A stretch of 64,000 nucleotides of DNA from contig CAOKGO010000004.1 of NCBI GenBank assembly GCA_948468045.1, positions 3,222-67,221 on the forward strand, written 5' to 3'. A model generated the notes under the pieces. That model did not search any database. It had not been told where the DNA came from and saw only the letters and a list, made by a program, of their open reading frames with translations. Shown here one piece after another: positions 50,996 to 60,926 of this stretch (position 1 is the stretch's first letter; each line of letters starts with the position of its first letter). The position numbers were made by a program, and so were the translations under genes. Source of the stretch: an uncultured Clostridium sp. (lineage in GTDB: Bacteria; Bacillota; Clostridia; TANB77; CAG-508).

Positions 50996-51866
50996 TTGAA
51001 AGATATAGAAGAGATTTTAAGATATTTTCCAAATTCAATTTATACATTACTAAAAAATACACTAATGCAAGATATAAATTTACAAAATGATTTGCAAGAA
51101 ATAAGAATCAGAGTTGGAAGATTTATCTTACTAAAAACAAGACAAGCTGATATTATTATTGATTATCAAATTACAACAAGTGAAATTTTGCAAATACTAG
51201 AAAAACTTTGTGAAAATTCAATATATGCTTATAAAAATCAAATATGTGAAGGATTTTTAACGGTAAGGGGCGGACACAGGATTGGTATAACAGGAACTGC
51301 TGTTACAGAAGAAAACAAAATAGTCAATTTAAAATATATAACAAGCCTAAACTTTAGGATTGCAAGAGAAGTTATTGGATGTAGTAATCAGATTTTAGAA
51401 GATATTATTAATTTTGAAAATCATAGTATTTACAATACGTTAATTGTATCTCCACCAGGAAAAGGAAAAACAACAATGTTAAGAGATATTATTAGAAACA
51501 TTAGCAATGGAATTGATAAAATACATTTTAAAGGTCTAACTTGTGGGGTTGTAGATGAAAGAGGAGAAATAGCTGCTATGTATAAAGGAGTACCTCAAAA
51601 TGATGTAGGAATAAGAACAGATATAATAGAGAATATCAGCAAATCAAAAGGAATGAGAATGCTAATTCGTTCAATGGCACCAGAAGTTATTTGTTGTGAT
51701 GAAATTGGTTCAAAAGAGGATATACAAGCAATTCGGAGAAGCAATAACAGCTGGAGTAAAAGGCATTTTTACAAGTCATGGAAAAAACATGGAAGATATA
51801 AAAAATAATACACAAATAAATTATTTAATAGAAACAAAACAAATAGAAAAAGTGCTTTTTTTATAA
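50996..51866 (+). CDS. spoIIIAA: stage III sporulation protein AA (ATPase); needs a +1 shift at CGG
   Basis: Segments 50996-51733 and 51735-51866 give ...SPPGKGKTTMLRD...VICCDEIGSKEDIQAI|GEAITAGVKGIFTSHGKNMEDI..., colinear with SpoIIIAA (DEIG..ED..A...A..AGV....HG). Confidence 0.88.
51734..51737 (+). other. putative +1 recoding site, ATT C GGA
   Basis: In-frame CGG at codon 247. The +1 frame restores the conserved C-terminal AGV...HG segment. Confidence 0.75.
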
Positions 51867-51928
51867 AAAATGTTCTAAATCAAAAACACCTTGAATATAA
51901 TACATAAATGAGAAAGGAATGTAATAAA

Positions 51929-52438
51929 ATGCAGATTATAAAATATTTTATATTATTTATCATATTGGTAGTATGCAGTCTAATAGGAAAATACTTGTCA
52001 CAAAAATACGTAATACGAGTAAACGAATTAGAAGAAATGAAAAATGCACTAAATATATTTAAAACAAAAATAAAATTTACATATCAGCCTATTCCAGAAA
52101 TTTTCGACGAAATAGTACAAGTTAGCAATCAAAATATTGGTCAAATATTTTATTTAGCAAAAGAAAAAATGAAAAGTGAAACAGCAAATATAGCATGGGA
52201 ACAATCCATCGACGAATGTGAAAATAGTTTAATAACAGAAGACAAAAATGCATTAAAAACACTGTCAAAATTATTAGGACAAACTGATGTAGATGGGCAA
52301 ATAAGTCAAATAGAAATAACACAAAAACTTCTCGAAAGTCAATTAAAAGAGGCACAAGAACAAAAAGCAAAAAACGAAAAACTATATGGTAAACTAGGAA
52401 CAACAATAGGACTAGCCATAGTAATAATTTTATGCTAG
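51929..52438 (+). CDS. spoIIIAB: stage III sporulation protein AB
   Basis: Assigned by its position in the operon, its size (about 170 aa) and the N-terminal TM segment; no diagnostic motif identified. Confidence 0.8.
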   Translation: MQIIKYFILFIILVVCSLIGKYLSQKYVIRVNELEEMKNALNIFKTKIKFTYQPIPEIFDEIVQVSNQNIGQIFYLAKEKMKSETANIAWEQSIDECENSLITEDKNALKTLSKLLGQTDVDGQISQIEITQKLLESQLKEAQEQKAKNEKLYGKLGTTIGLAIVIILC

Positions 52439-52522
52439 GTAACCAACAAATATCGTACATATAAATAAAAGTTATAAATTTTACCATTCAAATTGTTTTA
52501 AAGAATTTAAATAAAGAAAGGA

Positions 52523-52726
52523 ATGAAAAATATGGACATAAACTTATTATTCAAAATAGCAGCAATAGGAATACTTGTTGCTGTACTACACCAAGTATTA
52601 GTAAGAGCAGGAAGAGAAGACCAAGCAATGATGACAACATTAGCAGGTCTAGTAATTGTTCTAACGATGGTAATCAAAGAGATAAGTGGACTATTCAACA
52701 CTGTACGAACAATCTTCAACTTATAA
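52523..52726 (+). CDS. spoIIIAC: stage III sporulation protein AC
   Basis: 67 aa: DINLLFKIAAIGILVAVLHQVLVRAGREDQAMMTTLAGLVIVL. Confidence 0.9.
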   Translation: MKNMDINLLFKIAAIGILVAVLHQVLVRAGREDQAMMTTLAGLVIVLTMVIKEISGLFNTVRTIFNL

Positions 52727-52727
52727 T

Positions 52728-52762
52728 TTGGGCATAATTGGGACAGGCACTGAATGGCCCAA
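52728..52762. repeat. GGGCATAATTGGGACAGGCACTGA element (half copy) inside the spoIIIA operon
   Basis: tttgggcataattgggacaggcactgaatggccc matches the left arm of 18516-18599. Confidence 0.7.
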
Positions 52763-52832
52763 GATGAATTCTTTTGATAGGATAGATAAGTTATGTGTAA
52801 GAAAAATAGGATTGAAGGAGGTCAATAGGATA

Positions 52833-53219
52833 ATGGAAATTATTAAGATAATTGGAATTGCTCTTGTTGCTCTCATTATAATTATTTTATTGAAACAGTA
52901 TAAACCAGAATTTGCAATTTACATTAGTTTGCTAACAGGTGTATTGATTTTGTTTTTGGTAATGGACGAGCTTAAAGGAATTATTGCATTATTACAGTCA
53001 CTTGCTAGCAAGGCATCAATTAATGGAAATTTTTTGACTTTATTAATAAAAATAACGGGAATTGCTTTTTTATCGGAATTTGCCGTTAGTGTTTGCAAAG
53101 ATTCTGGAGAAGGAGCTATTGCTAGTAAAATTGAAATAGGTAGCAAAATTATAATTATATCAATGTCCATTCCAATTTTATCTAGTTTATTAGAAATAAT
53201 TCTAAAAATTTTGCCATAA
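52833..53219 (+). CDS. spoIIIAD: stage III sporulation protein AD
   Basis: MEIIKIIGIALVALIIIILLKQYKPEFAIYISLLTGVLI... Confidence 0.88.
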   Translation: MEIIKIIGIALVALIIIILLKQYKPEFAIYISLLTGVLILFLVMDELKGIIALLQSLASKASINGNFLTLLIKITGIAFLSEFAVSVCKDSGEGAIASKIEIGSKIIIISMSIPILSSLLEIILKILP

Positions 53220-53240
53220 TGATATTGTAAGTATGTGATT

Positions 53241-53274
53241 TACATAAAAATGTCCCAAAAGAAACGTCCCCAAC
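53241..53274. repeat. right arm of a perfect 34-bp inverted repeat
   Basis: tacataaaaatgtcccaaaagaaacgtccccaac. Confidence 0.85.
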
Positions 53275-53298
53275 ATACCATTTTTAAAAGGAGTACAA

Positions 53299-54447
53299 AT
53301 GAAAAGGTTAAGAATTGTTATATTGTTTTTTGTAATTATTATATTGTCTGTTACTAAGATTTATGCTAGCCAAGATGATATGATTAAGGAACAACAAGAG
53401 GAGTTTGGAATACAGAATTTTTTGAAGAGTTCTAAAGAGTATATGGGTGAGTTTTTTGAAGATGTTGATGTTAATGATATTTTGCAAGATGCAATGAAAG
53501 GAGAGGTTGATAATGGGAGTTTAGCAAAGAGATTTTTGGGTTTATTGGGTAAAGAGTTTGTAACTTCTATAAAAGCATTGGGAAGTATTTTGGCAATTAT
53601 TGTGATACATAGTGTTTTGAAGTCTATTAGTGAAAGTTTAGAGAATGATAATATTTCTAAATTGATTTATTATGTGCAATATATATTAATTATTACTATT
53701 GTTTTAACAAATTTTTCAGATATTGTAAAAATGGTACAAGATACAACAACTAATCTAGTGGCTTTTATGAATATGTTAGTTCCTCTTCTGATTACTTTGA
53801 TGATGTCTACGGGAAGTATTGCAACAAGTGGTGTGATTGAGCCTATTATCTTATTTATGATAAATTTTATTGGAAATATGATACAAGATGTTTTGCTTCC
53901 ACTTATTATGATTTTTGTAGCTTTAGTGATACTTTCAAAACTATCAAGTCAAGTAAAAATAGACAAGTTGTCTAAGTTTATGAAATCAGGAATTGTATGG
54001 TTTTTAGGAATTATTTTAACTATATTTGTAGGAGTAGTTTCGCTAGAGGGAACAATGTCAAGTAGTGTAGATGGAATAACTGCTAAAACAACAAAAGCAG
54101 TAGTAAGTAGTGCAATACCAGTTGTTGGGAAAATTTTGGGAGATGCAGTAGATACTGTTCTTGGATGTGGAATTATTTTGAAAAATGCAATAGGACTAGT
54201 TGGAGTTATTATAATATTAGGAATATGTATTGTACCAATTATTAAATTGGCATTGATGACTATTTTGTATAAATTGTTAGCTGGAATTACTCAGCCAATT
54301 GCAGATGAAAAAATAACATCTCTTTTGGAACAAATTGGTGACATTTTTAAAATGTTTTTGGCAATTTTAAGTAGTATTTCTTTTATGATTATAATTGGAA
54401 CAACATTAGTTTTGAAGATTTCTAATAGTGGAATGATGTATAGATAA
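53299..54447 (+). CDS. spoIIIAE: stage III sporulation protein AE
   Basis: 382-aa polytopic protein with a signal peptide, at the expected operon position. Confidence 0.88.
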   Translation: MKRLRIVILFFVIIILSVTKIYASQDDMIKEQQEEFGIQNFLKSSKEYMGEFFEDVDVNDILQDAMKGEVDNGSLAKRFLGLLGKEFVTSIKALGSILAIIVIHSVLKSISESLENDNISKLIYYVQYILIITIVLTNFSDIVKMVQDTTTNLVAFMNMLVPLLITLMMSTGSIATSGVIEPIILFMINFIGNMIQDVLLPLIMIFVALVILSKLSSQVKIDKLSKFMKSGIVWFLGIILTIFVGVVSLEGTMSSSVDGITAKTTKAVVSSAIPVVGKILGDAVDTVLGCGIILKNAIGLVGVIIILGICIVPIIKLALMTILYKLLAGITQPIADEKITSLLEQIGDIFKMFLAILSSISFMIIIGTTLVLKISNSGMMYR

Positions 54448-54462
54448 AGGAGAAAAATAAAA

Positions 54463-55074
54463 ATGATAGAATTTATGAGCTCTTGGGTAAAAAGTCTAGG
54501 TTTAACAATTGTTATTGTTTCTATTTTAGAGATGTTACTGCCTAATAATAAAACAAAAAAATACATAAGAGTAGTAATGGGAGTATATGTATTGTTTAGT
54601 TTGATTTCTCCATTTATTAGTAAAAAAGATAGTTTAAATCTAAACGAAATAGACTTTGAAAACTATGCAACAAGAGAGACAAGCACAACTTTAAATCAAA
54701 GTTCAATGGAAGAACGAATAAAGGAACTGTATATACAGGAAATGGAAAAAGACATTTCTAAAAAATTAAAAGAGATGGGCTATGTAACGACAACTTGCAA
54801 AGTAAAAGCAAAAATATCAGACAATGAAGAAGAAACAAAAATAAATAAAATAAAGATAAAAGTACAAAAACAAGAAGTAAAAAAAGAAGAAAGTGTAGAA
54901 AACCAAGTGGTAGCACAAATTCAAAAAGTAAAACCTGTTAATGTAAAAGAAAATCAGGAAGATAAAACAACAGATGAAAAAGATACAAAAGTAAATAAAT
55001 CGGATATTCAAAACATTAAAAAGTTTTTAATAGAAGAATATGGGGTGAATGAAAAATGTTTAGAGATAAATTAA
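54463..55074 (+). CDS. spoIIIAF: stage III sporulation protein AF
   Basis: WVKSLGLTIVIVSILEMLLPNNKTKKYIRVVMGVYVL. Confidence 0.85.
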   Translation: MIEFMSSWVKSLGLTIVIVSILEMLLPNNKTKKYIRVVMGVYVLFSLISPFISKKDSLNLNEIDFENYATRETSTTLNQSSMEERIKELYIQEMEKDISKKLKEMGYVTTTCKVKAKISDNEEETKINKIKIKVQKQEVKKEESVENQVVAQIQKVKPVNVKENQEDKTTDEKDTKVNKSDIQNIKKFLIEEYGVNEKCLEIN

Positions 55075-55682
55075 ATCAAATTTTTAAATTAAATTCAGAA
55101 GATGATGGGGGAAATAATAAAAAGAAAATTGAGAATTTAGTTTTCTTTGTAGTATTACTTATAATAACAATTGTTATTATAAACTTAATTTGGAATGGTA
55201 AGAAAAATACAGGAAAAGAAGAAAATAGCAGTAGTTCTAAGCAACTGGCAATGAGCAATAATACTACAAACAAGATAGATACTAGTACTACACAATCAGA
55301 TGATTTGGCAAAGCAACTAGAACTAATACTTAGCAAAATTCATGGTGTTGGGGATGTTAATGTATTTGTCAACTATTCTCAGACAAGTGAGGTAGTTGCT
55401 ATGTACAATGAAACTACAAAAACAAGCAATACAGAAGAAAACGATACATCTGGTGGAATTAGGAAAATACAAGAAACAGACAGTCAAAAAGACATTATAT
55501 ATCAAGAACAAAATGGAGAAAAAACACCCATAACACAAAAAGTTATTCAGCCAAAGGTTGAGGGAGCAATAATAACTGCAAAAGGTGCTGGAAACACAGA
55601 GATAAAGGCAAATATAATACAAGCAGTGGAAGCAGTAACAGGACTTGCAACACATAAAATTCAAGTATTTGAGATGAATTAA
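55056..55682 (+). CDS. spoIIIAG: stage III sporulation protein AG
   Basis: TM anchor plus a C-terminal domain (KIHGVGDVNVFVNY...PKVEGAIITAKGAGN). Confidence 0.85.
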   Translation: MFRDKLNQIFKLNSEDDGGNNKKKIENLVFFVVLLIITIVIINLIWNGKKNTGKEENSSSSKQLAMSNNTTNKIDTSTTQSDDLAKQLELILSKIHGVGDVNVFVNYSQTSEVVAMYNETTKTSNTEENDTSGGIRKIQETDSQKDIIYQEQNGEKTPITQKVIQPKVEGAIITAKGAGNTEIKANIIQAVEAVTGLATHKIQVFEMN

Positions 55683-55730
55683 TGTATTTTGGCTAAAGTC
55701 CCAAAATACATTAGATAGGAGTGAATGTAA

Positions 55731-56405
55731 ATGAAATTATTTAAGAAAAATCAAGTTATTATTTATGTAATTGTATTAATGTTAATGACAGCAGGTTATT
55801 TAAATTATACGACAAATACAAATAAGCAGGCATCTTTGGAAACAGCCATGCAAATAGAGGCAAGTGATGATATGCAATTAGCAGATATTGGAGATGCAAC
55901 TTTAGTAAATAGCAATGATGTGGTAGAAGAAAAAAAAGAAAGTACTGAAAATTTGGACACAAATACTAATACTTCAAGTAATTCTAATATAAATAATGAA
56001 GTTAATATTCAAGATACAAAAAAAGATGATGAAACTGTACAAACAAATAGTAATAATGGTAATGATTATTTTGCTAAGTCTAAATTAGAGAGGGATACAA
56101 TGTATTCACAGATGTTAGAAACTTATGAAAAGGTGTTAAATAGTAGTAATTCATTAGAAACACAAAAACAAGTAGCTACACAGGAAATTCAAAAAATTAA
56201 TGAAACTAAAAATAGTATTATGATTTGTGAAAATTTAATTAAAACAAAAGGATTTGAAAAAAGTATTATTTTTGTTAATGGTGATAGTGTTAGTGTAATT
56301 ATTGGAGCTAGTGAGATTAAGCAAGACGAAGTTGCTCAAGTTCAAAATATTATTTCAAGAGAAATGAAAAAAGAAGTTGAAAATATACATATTGCAACTA
56401 AATAA
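55731..56405 (+). CDS. spoIIIAH: stage III sporulation protein AH
   Basis: N-terminal TM segment, DYFAKSKLERD and a C-terminal YscJ/FliF-like region. It is the last gene of the operon. Confidence 0.8.
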   Translation: MKLFKKNQVIIYVIVLMLMTAGYLNYTTNTNKQASLETAMQIEASDDMQLADIGDATLVNSNDVVEEKKESTENLDTNTNTSSNSNINNEVNIQDTKKDDETVQTNSNNGNDYFAKSKLERDTMYSQMLETYEKVLNSSNSLETQKQVATQEIQKINETKNSIMICENLIKTKGFEKSIIFVNGDSVSVIIGASEIKQDEVAQVQNIISREMKKEVENIHIATK

Positions 56406-56433
56406 GGGCAAAAAAATAAGCCCTTATTTTTTT
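56402..56433. terminator. bidirectional terminator
   Basis: ataagggc-aaaaaaataa-gcccttat flanked by A/T runs, between convergent genes. Confidence 0.75.
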
Positions 56434-56638
56434 AGGCAATATTCTTGGTCATTTTTCTAATATATTCTCCTATTTCTTCATTAGTCAATTCTAATTCTGT
56501 GATTAAATTCCTAAGAACATCTCTTCTTGGTATGTCTTCTTCATTATCTATTCTAACATATTGCCTTAAGCTAATACCAAGTAATTCTGACATCTGCTCT
56601 TGGGTGTATTTCTTGAGTTTCCTTTTTTCTTTTATCAT
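56432..56638 (-). CDS. XRE family HTH transcriptional regulator
   Basis: 68 aa: KKYTQEQMSELLGISLRQYVRIDNEE. Confidence 0.8.
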   Translation of the reverse strand: MIKEKRKLKKYTQEQMSELLGISLRQYVRIDNEEDIPRRDVLRNLITELELTNEEIGEYIRKMTKNIA

Positions 56639-56810
56639 AAAATCACCTTATATTTAAAATCATAACCATTATTACATAAATTAGATAATAATTGTATTGA
56701 CATTTTAAGACATATTTAATGAAAAGTATAAATAATATTTTATATAAAATGCTATGAAAAAACATCAAATTATGATATAAATATATGTAATAAAAATTTG
56801 GAGGTCTAAA

Positions 56811-57455
56811 ATGAAAAATAAACTTGTTATTTTTGACTGGGGAGGAGTAATAGAAAGTCATAGAGAAAGCGAATATTGTGTTAATAAGGCTAGAATTAAT
56901 TTAATAAAACATTTTAATAATGAAATAAAAGATAAAGACTTACTAAAAAAAGAAAGAACTATTTATATTAATAATAAAATGGGCGAAAGAAATGATGTGA
57001 CTACAAACTGGTTTAATGAGTTAAAAAAAGAATTTAGTTTAAAATGTAGTTATGAAGAATTTTATAGCTTTTATTTAAAAGAATTCGATAAAGTTGAATA
57101 TTACAAAGATGTAGTTCAATATGCACACACTTTAAAACAAATATGTAAAATAGGTATTTTATCTAATTTATCTTCGTTAGATAAACAAAGATTAGATAAG
57201 CAAGTTGATTTAAAACAATTTGATTATGTATGGCTTTCATTTGAAATGAACTGTCGTAAACCAAATAAAAGAATCTACGAAATGGTTGAAAAAGAATGTA
57301 AATTTGAAAATAAGAATATTTTATTTATAGATGATTGTAAAGAAAATATAAATGTTGCAAAAAAAATGGGGTGGAATACCTGTAATGCTGATGGACATGA
57401 ATTGTATAAAATAAAAGAAAGCATTAGTAAATTTTTAGAAAAGGAGATTGATTAA
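56811..57455 (+). CDS. HAD family hydrolase
   Basis: Motifs VIFDWGGV, ILSNLS and FIDDCKENI. Confidence 0.75.
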   Translation: MKNKLVIFDWGGVIESHRESEYCVNKARINLIKHFNNEIKDKDLLKKERTIYINNKMGERNDVTTNWFNELKKEFSLKCSYEEFYSFYLKEFDKVEYYKDVVQYAHTLKQICKIGILSNLSSLDKQRLDKQVDLKQFDYVWLSFEMNCRKPNKRIYEMVEKECKFENKNILFIDDCKENINVAKKMGWNTCNADGHELYKIKESISKFLEKEID

Positions 57456-57456
57456 T

Positions 57457-58038
57457 TTGAAAATAGGAATAGATGTAGATGGAGTAATAATTGATTATGA
57501 GAGAGTATTAAGAGCTTATGGAGATTTATATGACTTCATAGAACTAAAAAAAGAGGGAATTATTAATAGAAATGAACATCTTTTAAGAAACAGATATAAT
57601 TGGACAGAAGAAGAAAGAATAAACTTCGTTAACAATTATTTTCTAAAGCTTTCAAAAAAAGCAACACTATTACCAGCTGCAAAAGATGTAATAAAGATGT
57701 TACAAGATGAAAAACATGAATTTATTATAATATCTGCAAGAGGTGGAATGATAGAAGAAATAAAAGATGTTGCATTAGAGCAATTTAAAGAAAATGATTT
57801 AGAATTTAGTAAATATTATTGGAAACAAGAAGACAAACTAGAAATAGCCAAAAAAGAAAATATAGATTTTATGATTGATGACAATTATGAGATATGTAGA
57901 AAAATGTCAGAAAATAAAATAAAAACAATTTATTTTAGAGATAAGGAAATGAATAAATTAGAACAAAATCAATATTTAAAAGAAGTTAGCAATTGGGGAG
58001 AAATATATAGATATATTAAAGGGGCAGAAAATAAATGA
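57457..58038 (+). CDS. 5'(3')-deoxyribonucleotidase-like HAD protein
   Basis: IGIDVDGVIIDYE...IIISARG...MIDDN. TTG 57457 lies 10 nt after SD AAGGAG; the ORF opens at 57448. Confidence 0.55.
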   Translation: MKIGIDVDGVIIDYERVLRAYGDLYDFIELKKEGIINRNEHLLRNRYNWTEEERINFVNNYFLKLSKKATLLPAAKDVIKMLQDEKHEFIIISARGGMIEEIKDVALEQFKENDLEFSKYYWKQEDKLEIAKKENIDFMIDDNYEICRKMSENKIKTIYFRDKEMNKLEQNQYLKEVSNWGEIYRYIKGAENK

Positions 58039-59342
58039 AAGATATAGAATTAAAAGACATAGAGCAATTTTCTAAAAAATATAGTCAATTACAAGAAAAT
58101 AAACAAATAGAAGAAAAAATAAAAAAATATGGCTTAAATGCAGTTTGTATAAATAAAAATATTATTGAACAAAACCCAGCAAGTTTTAATATTGAACTAT
58201 CAGAAACAAAAAGATATGACCAAAAAAACAGTCTTAGATGTTGGGCTTTTGCAGGAATTAATGTAATTAAACGTAATATGGCAAACAATTTAACTATAGA
58301 CATTATGAATTTTGAATTATCAGACAATTACATTGCTTTTTTTCATAGACTAGAAAAAAGCAACACAACATATGAAAAAATAATTAATACGAAAACAATA
58401 GATGAAAATAAAATTGTTAAAAATGGTATTTTAAAATACCCTATTAATGAAACTGGAAATTGGCAAACTTTTGTTGAAATTGTTAAAAAATATGGACTTG
58501 TACCAATGAAAGTTATGCCAATAACAATAGAAGGACAAGATGCCAAAAGAGTAGACAATTTATATGCAGAAACAGTAAAGAAAAATGCACTTTTATTATT
58601 AGAATTAAAAAAGCAAAATAAACCAAAAGAAGAAATACGAAAACAAAAAATGAAAATGTTAAATGAAAATTATGAATTTCTATCAAAAGTTTATGGAGAA
58701 CCAGTAAAAACTTTTGATTATCAATATGTAGATAAAAATGGCAATAAAATTAGTTTGAAAAATATAACACCGAACCAATTTGTAGAAAAATTTTTAAGTA
58801 TTGATATAGAAAATTTTTTATTCATATCAAATGTTCCAGAATGGAATAGAAAGTATGGACAAAAATTTAGAGATTTTAAAAATATTAATATATATAAAAT
58901 AAAATATGTAGAATTCTTACATATATCTTCAAAAGAATTAAAAGACCTTGCAATTAAGCAGTTAAAAGACAATATCCCAGTAATGATAGGCATTTATACA
59001 AAGAAATTTGAAGACAAGGCATCAGGAATTTTAGATACTAGATTATATGATTTTGAAAAATTAGTAAACTACAAAAAATTATCAAAAGAAGATGGAATGT
59101 CAGTAGGAGATATTAATTTACATCATTGGATGACAATAACAGGGGTGCAAATTGAAAATAACAATCCTAAAAGATGGAAAGTTGAAGATAGCTATGGAGA
59201 AAAAGAAAAAGTAAATGGATATTATATTATGAATGATAATTACTTTGATGAATATGTATTTACAGTAATTATACATAAAAAATATTTATCACAAAAACAA
59301 TTAGAATTATATAATCAAAAAGATTATATTAAGCAAAACTAA
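58035..59342 (+). CDS. pepC: aminopeptidase C (bleomycin hydrolase family, C1 peptidase)
   Basis: QKNSLRCWAFAGINV (catalytic Cys) and the C-terminal HHWMTITG...WKVEDSYG. Confidence 0.85.
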   Translation: MKDIELKDIEQFSKKYSQLQENKQIEEKIKKYGLNAVCINKNIIEQNPASFNIELSETKRYDQKNSLRCWAFAGINVIKRNMANNLTIDIMNFELSDNYIAFFHRLEKSNTTYEKIINTKTIDENKIVKNGILKYPINETGNWQTFVEIVKKYGLVPMKVMPITIEGQDAKRVDNLYAETVKKNALLLLELKKQNKPKEEIRKQKMKMLNENYEFLSKVYGEPVKTFDYQYVDKNGNKISLKNITPNQFVEKFLSIDIENFLFISNVPEWNRKYGQKFRDFKNINIYKIKYVEFLHISSKELKDLAIKQLKDNIPVMIGIYTKKFEDKASGILDTRLYDFEKLVNYKKLSKEDGMSVGDINLHHWMTITGVQIENNNPKRWKVEDSYGEKEKVNGYYIMNDNYFDEYVFTVIIHKKYLSQKQLELYNQKDYIKQN

Positions 59343-59361
59343 TCATGGGAGATACAAAACA

Positions 59362-59925
59362 ATGAACTTAAAACAACAAATTGAAAGTTACAAACCATAT
59401 AACGAACAAGAAGAAAATGACAAACAGTTAATGTTAAAATATATAGATACCTTTGAGGATGTCTTAACAAGAGAAAACAAAATGTGCCACTTTACAGCAT
59501 CAAATTGGATTGTAAACAAAGAAAGAACAAAAGTATTAATGATTTATCATAACATTTATAAATCTTGGGCATGGACAGGTGGACATGCAGATGGACAAAG
59601 CAATTTATTAAAAGTTGCATTAAAAGAAGCACAAGAAGAAACGGGACTAGAAAATTTAAAACTATTAAGTGAAGAAATATATGGACTTCAAATACTTACA
59701 GTAGATAGTCACATAAAAAAAGGAAAATTTGTACCATCGCATTTACATTTAGATTGTTGTTTTTTACTAGAAGCAGACGAAAACCAACCATTAAAAATAA
59801 AAGAAGATGAAAATAGTGGTGTAAAATGGATTGATATTGATAAAGCAATAGAAATTACAAAAGAGGAAAAAATGAAACCAATATATAAAAAATTAAATAA
59901 GAAACTAAAAGATAGAGCAATATAG
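59362..59925 (+). CDS. NUDIX hydrolase
   Basis: Nudix box: GGHADGQSNLLKVALKEAQEETGLE. Confidence 0.85.
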   Translation: MNLKQQIESYKPYNEQEENDKQLMLKYIDTFEDVLTRENKMCHFTASNWIVNKERTKVLMIYHNIYKSWAWTGGHADGQSNLLKVALKEAQEETGLENLKLLSEEIYGLQILTVDSHIKKGKFVPSHLHLDCCFLLEADENQPLKIKEDENSGVKWIDIDKAIEITKEEKMKPIYKKLNKKLKDRAI

Positions 59926-59968
59926 TTTGTATGTAGCTTCAGAGCGAAGTGGGAAAGGAAAGATAAAA

Positions 59969-60800
59969 ATGCAAAAAGAAGTAAAAGATAGGAATCCCCA
60001 AATATTTGGGTATAGTATATGGAGAATACTTGCATACTTTATTTTGTATAGTGTAATTGGGTATCTCATAGAAACCATATTTGGAATTATAACAAAAGGA
60101 ACTTGGGAAAGTAGACAAAGCTTTTTATATGGACCATTTTGTGGAATTTATGGTGTAGGAGCAGTTATAATGATTTTATCACTTCAGCATTTTAACCAAA
60201 ACAATAATAGATTATTCATAGGTGGATTTATAGTAGGCTCAATTGTAGAATATATCATAAGTTGGTATGGAGATATATTTTTACATGTAAAATGGTGGGA
60301 TTATTCTGATATGCCACTAAATATTAATGGCAGAATATGTGTATTTTTTTCAATATTCTGGGGACTTTTAGCAATTTACCTAATATCATATGTAAATCCT
60401 AAAATAGATAGATTAATTAATTGGATAAAATCAAAAATATCATCTAAAAAATTAAAAACATTAACAGCAACAGTTACAATACTTTTATTATTAGATTGTT
60501 TATTAACAGGTTATGCATTAGAGTTTTTTATAGTTAGAAAAATCCACGAAAAAGATATACAAGTAGCTTATAAAGAAGAAATAGACAAACTTTATAATAA
60601 AATTTATAATGATGAAAAGTTAAGTAAATTTATAAATAAATTTTGGGGAGACAAAAAGATGATAAAGACATTTCCAAACTTAAAAACTATGGACAAAGAA
60701 CGGAAATATTGTTTATTTTGATTGTTATGTAGGAGATATAAAGCCTTATTATTACAAATTTCACTTTAGAGAAAATAGTATATTCAAAAAAGAGAAATAA
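59969..60800 (+). CDS. putative ABC-transporter type IV (CmpB/DUF1113-like) membrane protein; C-terminal 32 codons reached by a +1 shift at CGG
   Basis: Segments 59969-60700 and 60702-60800. The zero frame ends at 60721. The +1 frame reads GNIVYFDCYVGDIKPYYYKFHFRENSIFKKEK* and ends inside the left arm of a terminator hairpin. Confidence 0.65.
60701..60704 (+). other. putative +1 recoding site, GAA C GGA
   Basis: In-frame CGG 6 codons before the zero-frame stop. Confidence 0.55.
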
Positions 60801-60829
60801 TGTCAAAATTTGCATTATTCTCTTTTTTT
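60791..60829 (+). terminator. rho-independent terminator
   Basis: agagaaataatg-tcaaaatttg-cattattctct followed by ttttttt. Confidence 0.65.
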
Positions 60830-60926
60830 CTTGCTACCTTATAATAAAAAATATGGCGAATAACACATATCAAAAGAAGATAAAGAAGATTTTTAATTTG
60901 TATCTTTTGTAAAATTTTGAAACTTT

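Noticed and set aside
56811-59925. The HAD / NT5C-like / PepC / NUDIX cluster as a nucleotide-depleting defence island
   Set aside because: The genes are ordinary housekeeping-type enzymes with no sensor, nuclease, TIR/SIR2 or other defence hallmark. Adjacency alone does not support the idea.
8616-60704. Explaining the 10 broken genes as ordinary pseudogenes or random indels
   Set aside because: All breaks are the same event: one extra C directly before a GGN that codes for a conserved Gly. They hit indispensable genes (recA, mutS, miaB, spoIIIAA). The downstream segments keep all their motifs, and one gene has two such sites. Random decay would give mixed indel types, as at 30838-30868.
8616-60704. 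Explaining the extra C as a sequencing or homopolymer artefact
   Set aside because: Only one site (GACCGG) extends a C run; the others are not homopolymers. Many identical local contexts (ATCGGA, TTCGGA, CTCGGA) are read normally in frame elsewhere. The sites follow the coding strand on both DNA strands. This cannot be fully excluded without reads, so it is listed as the key check.
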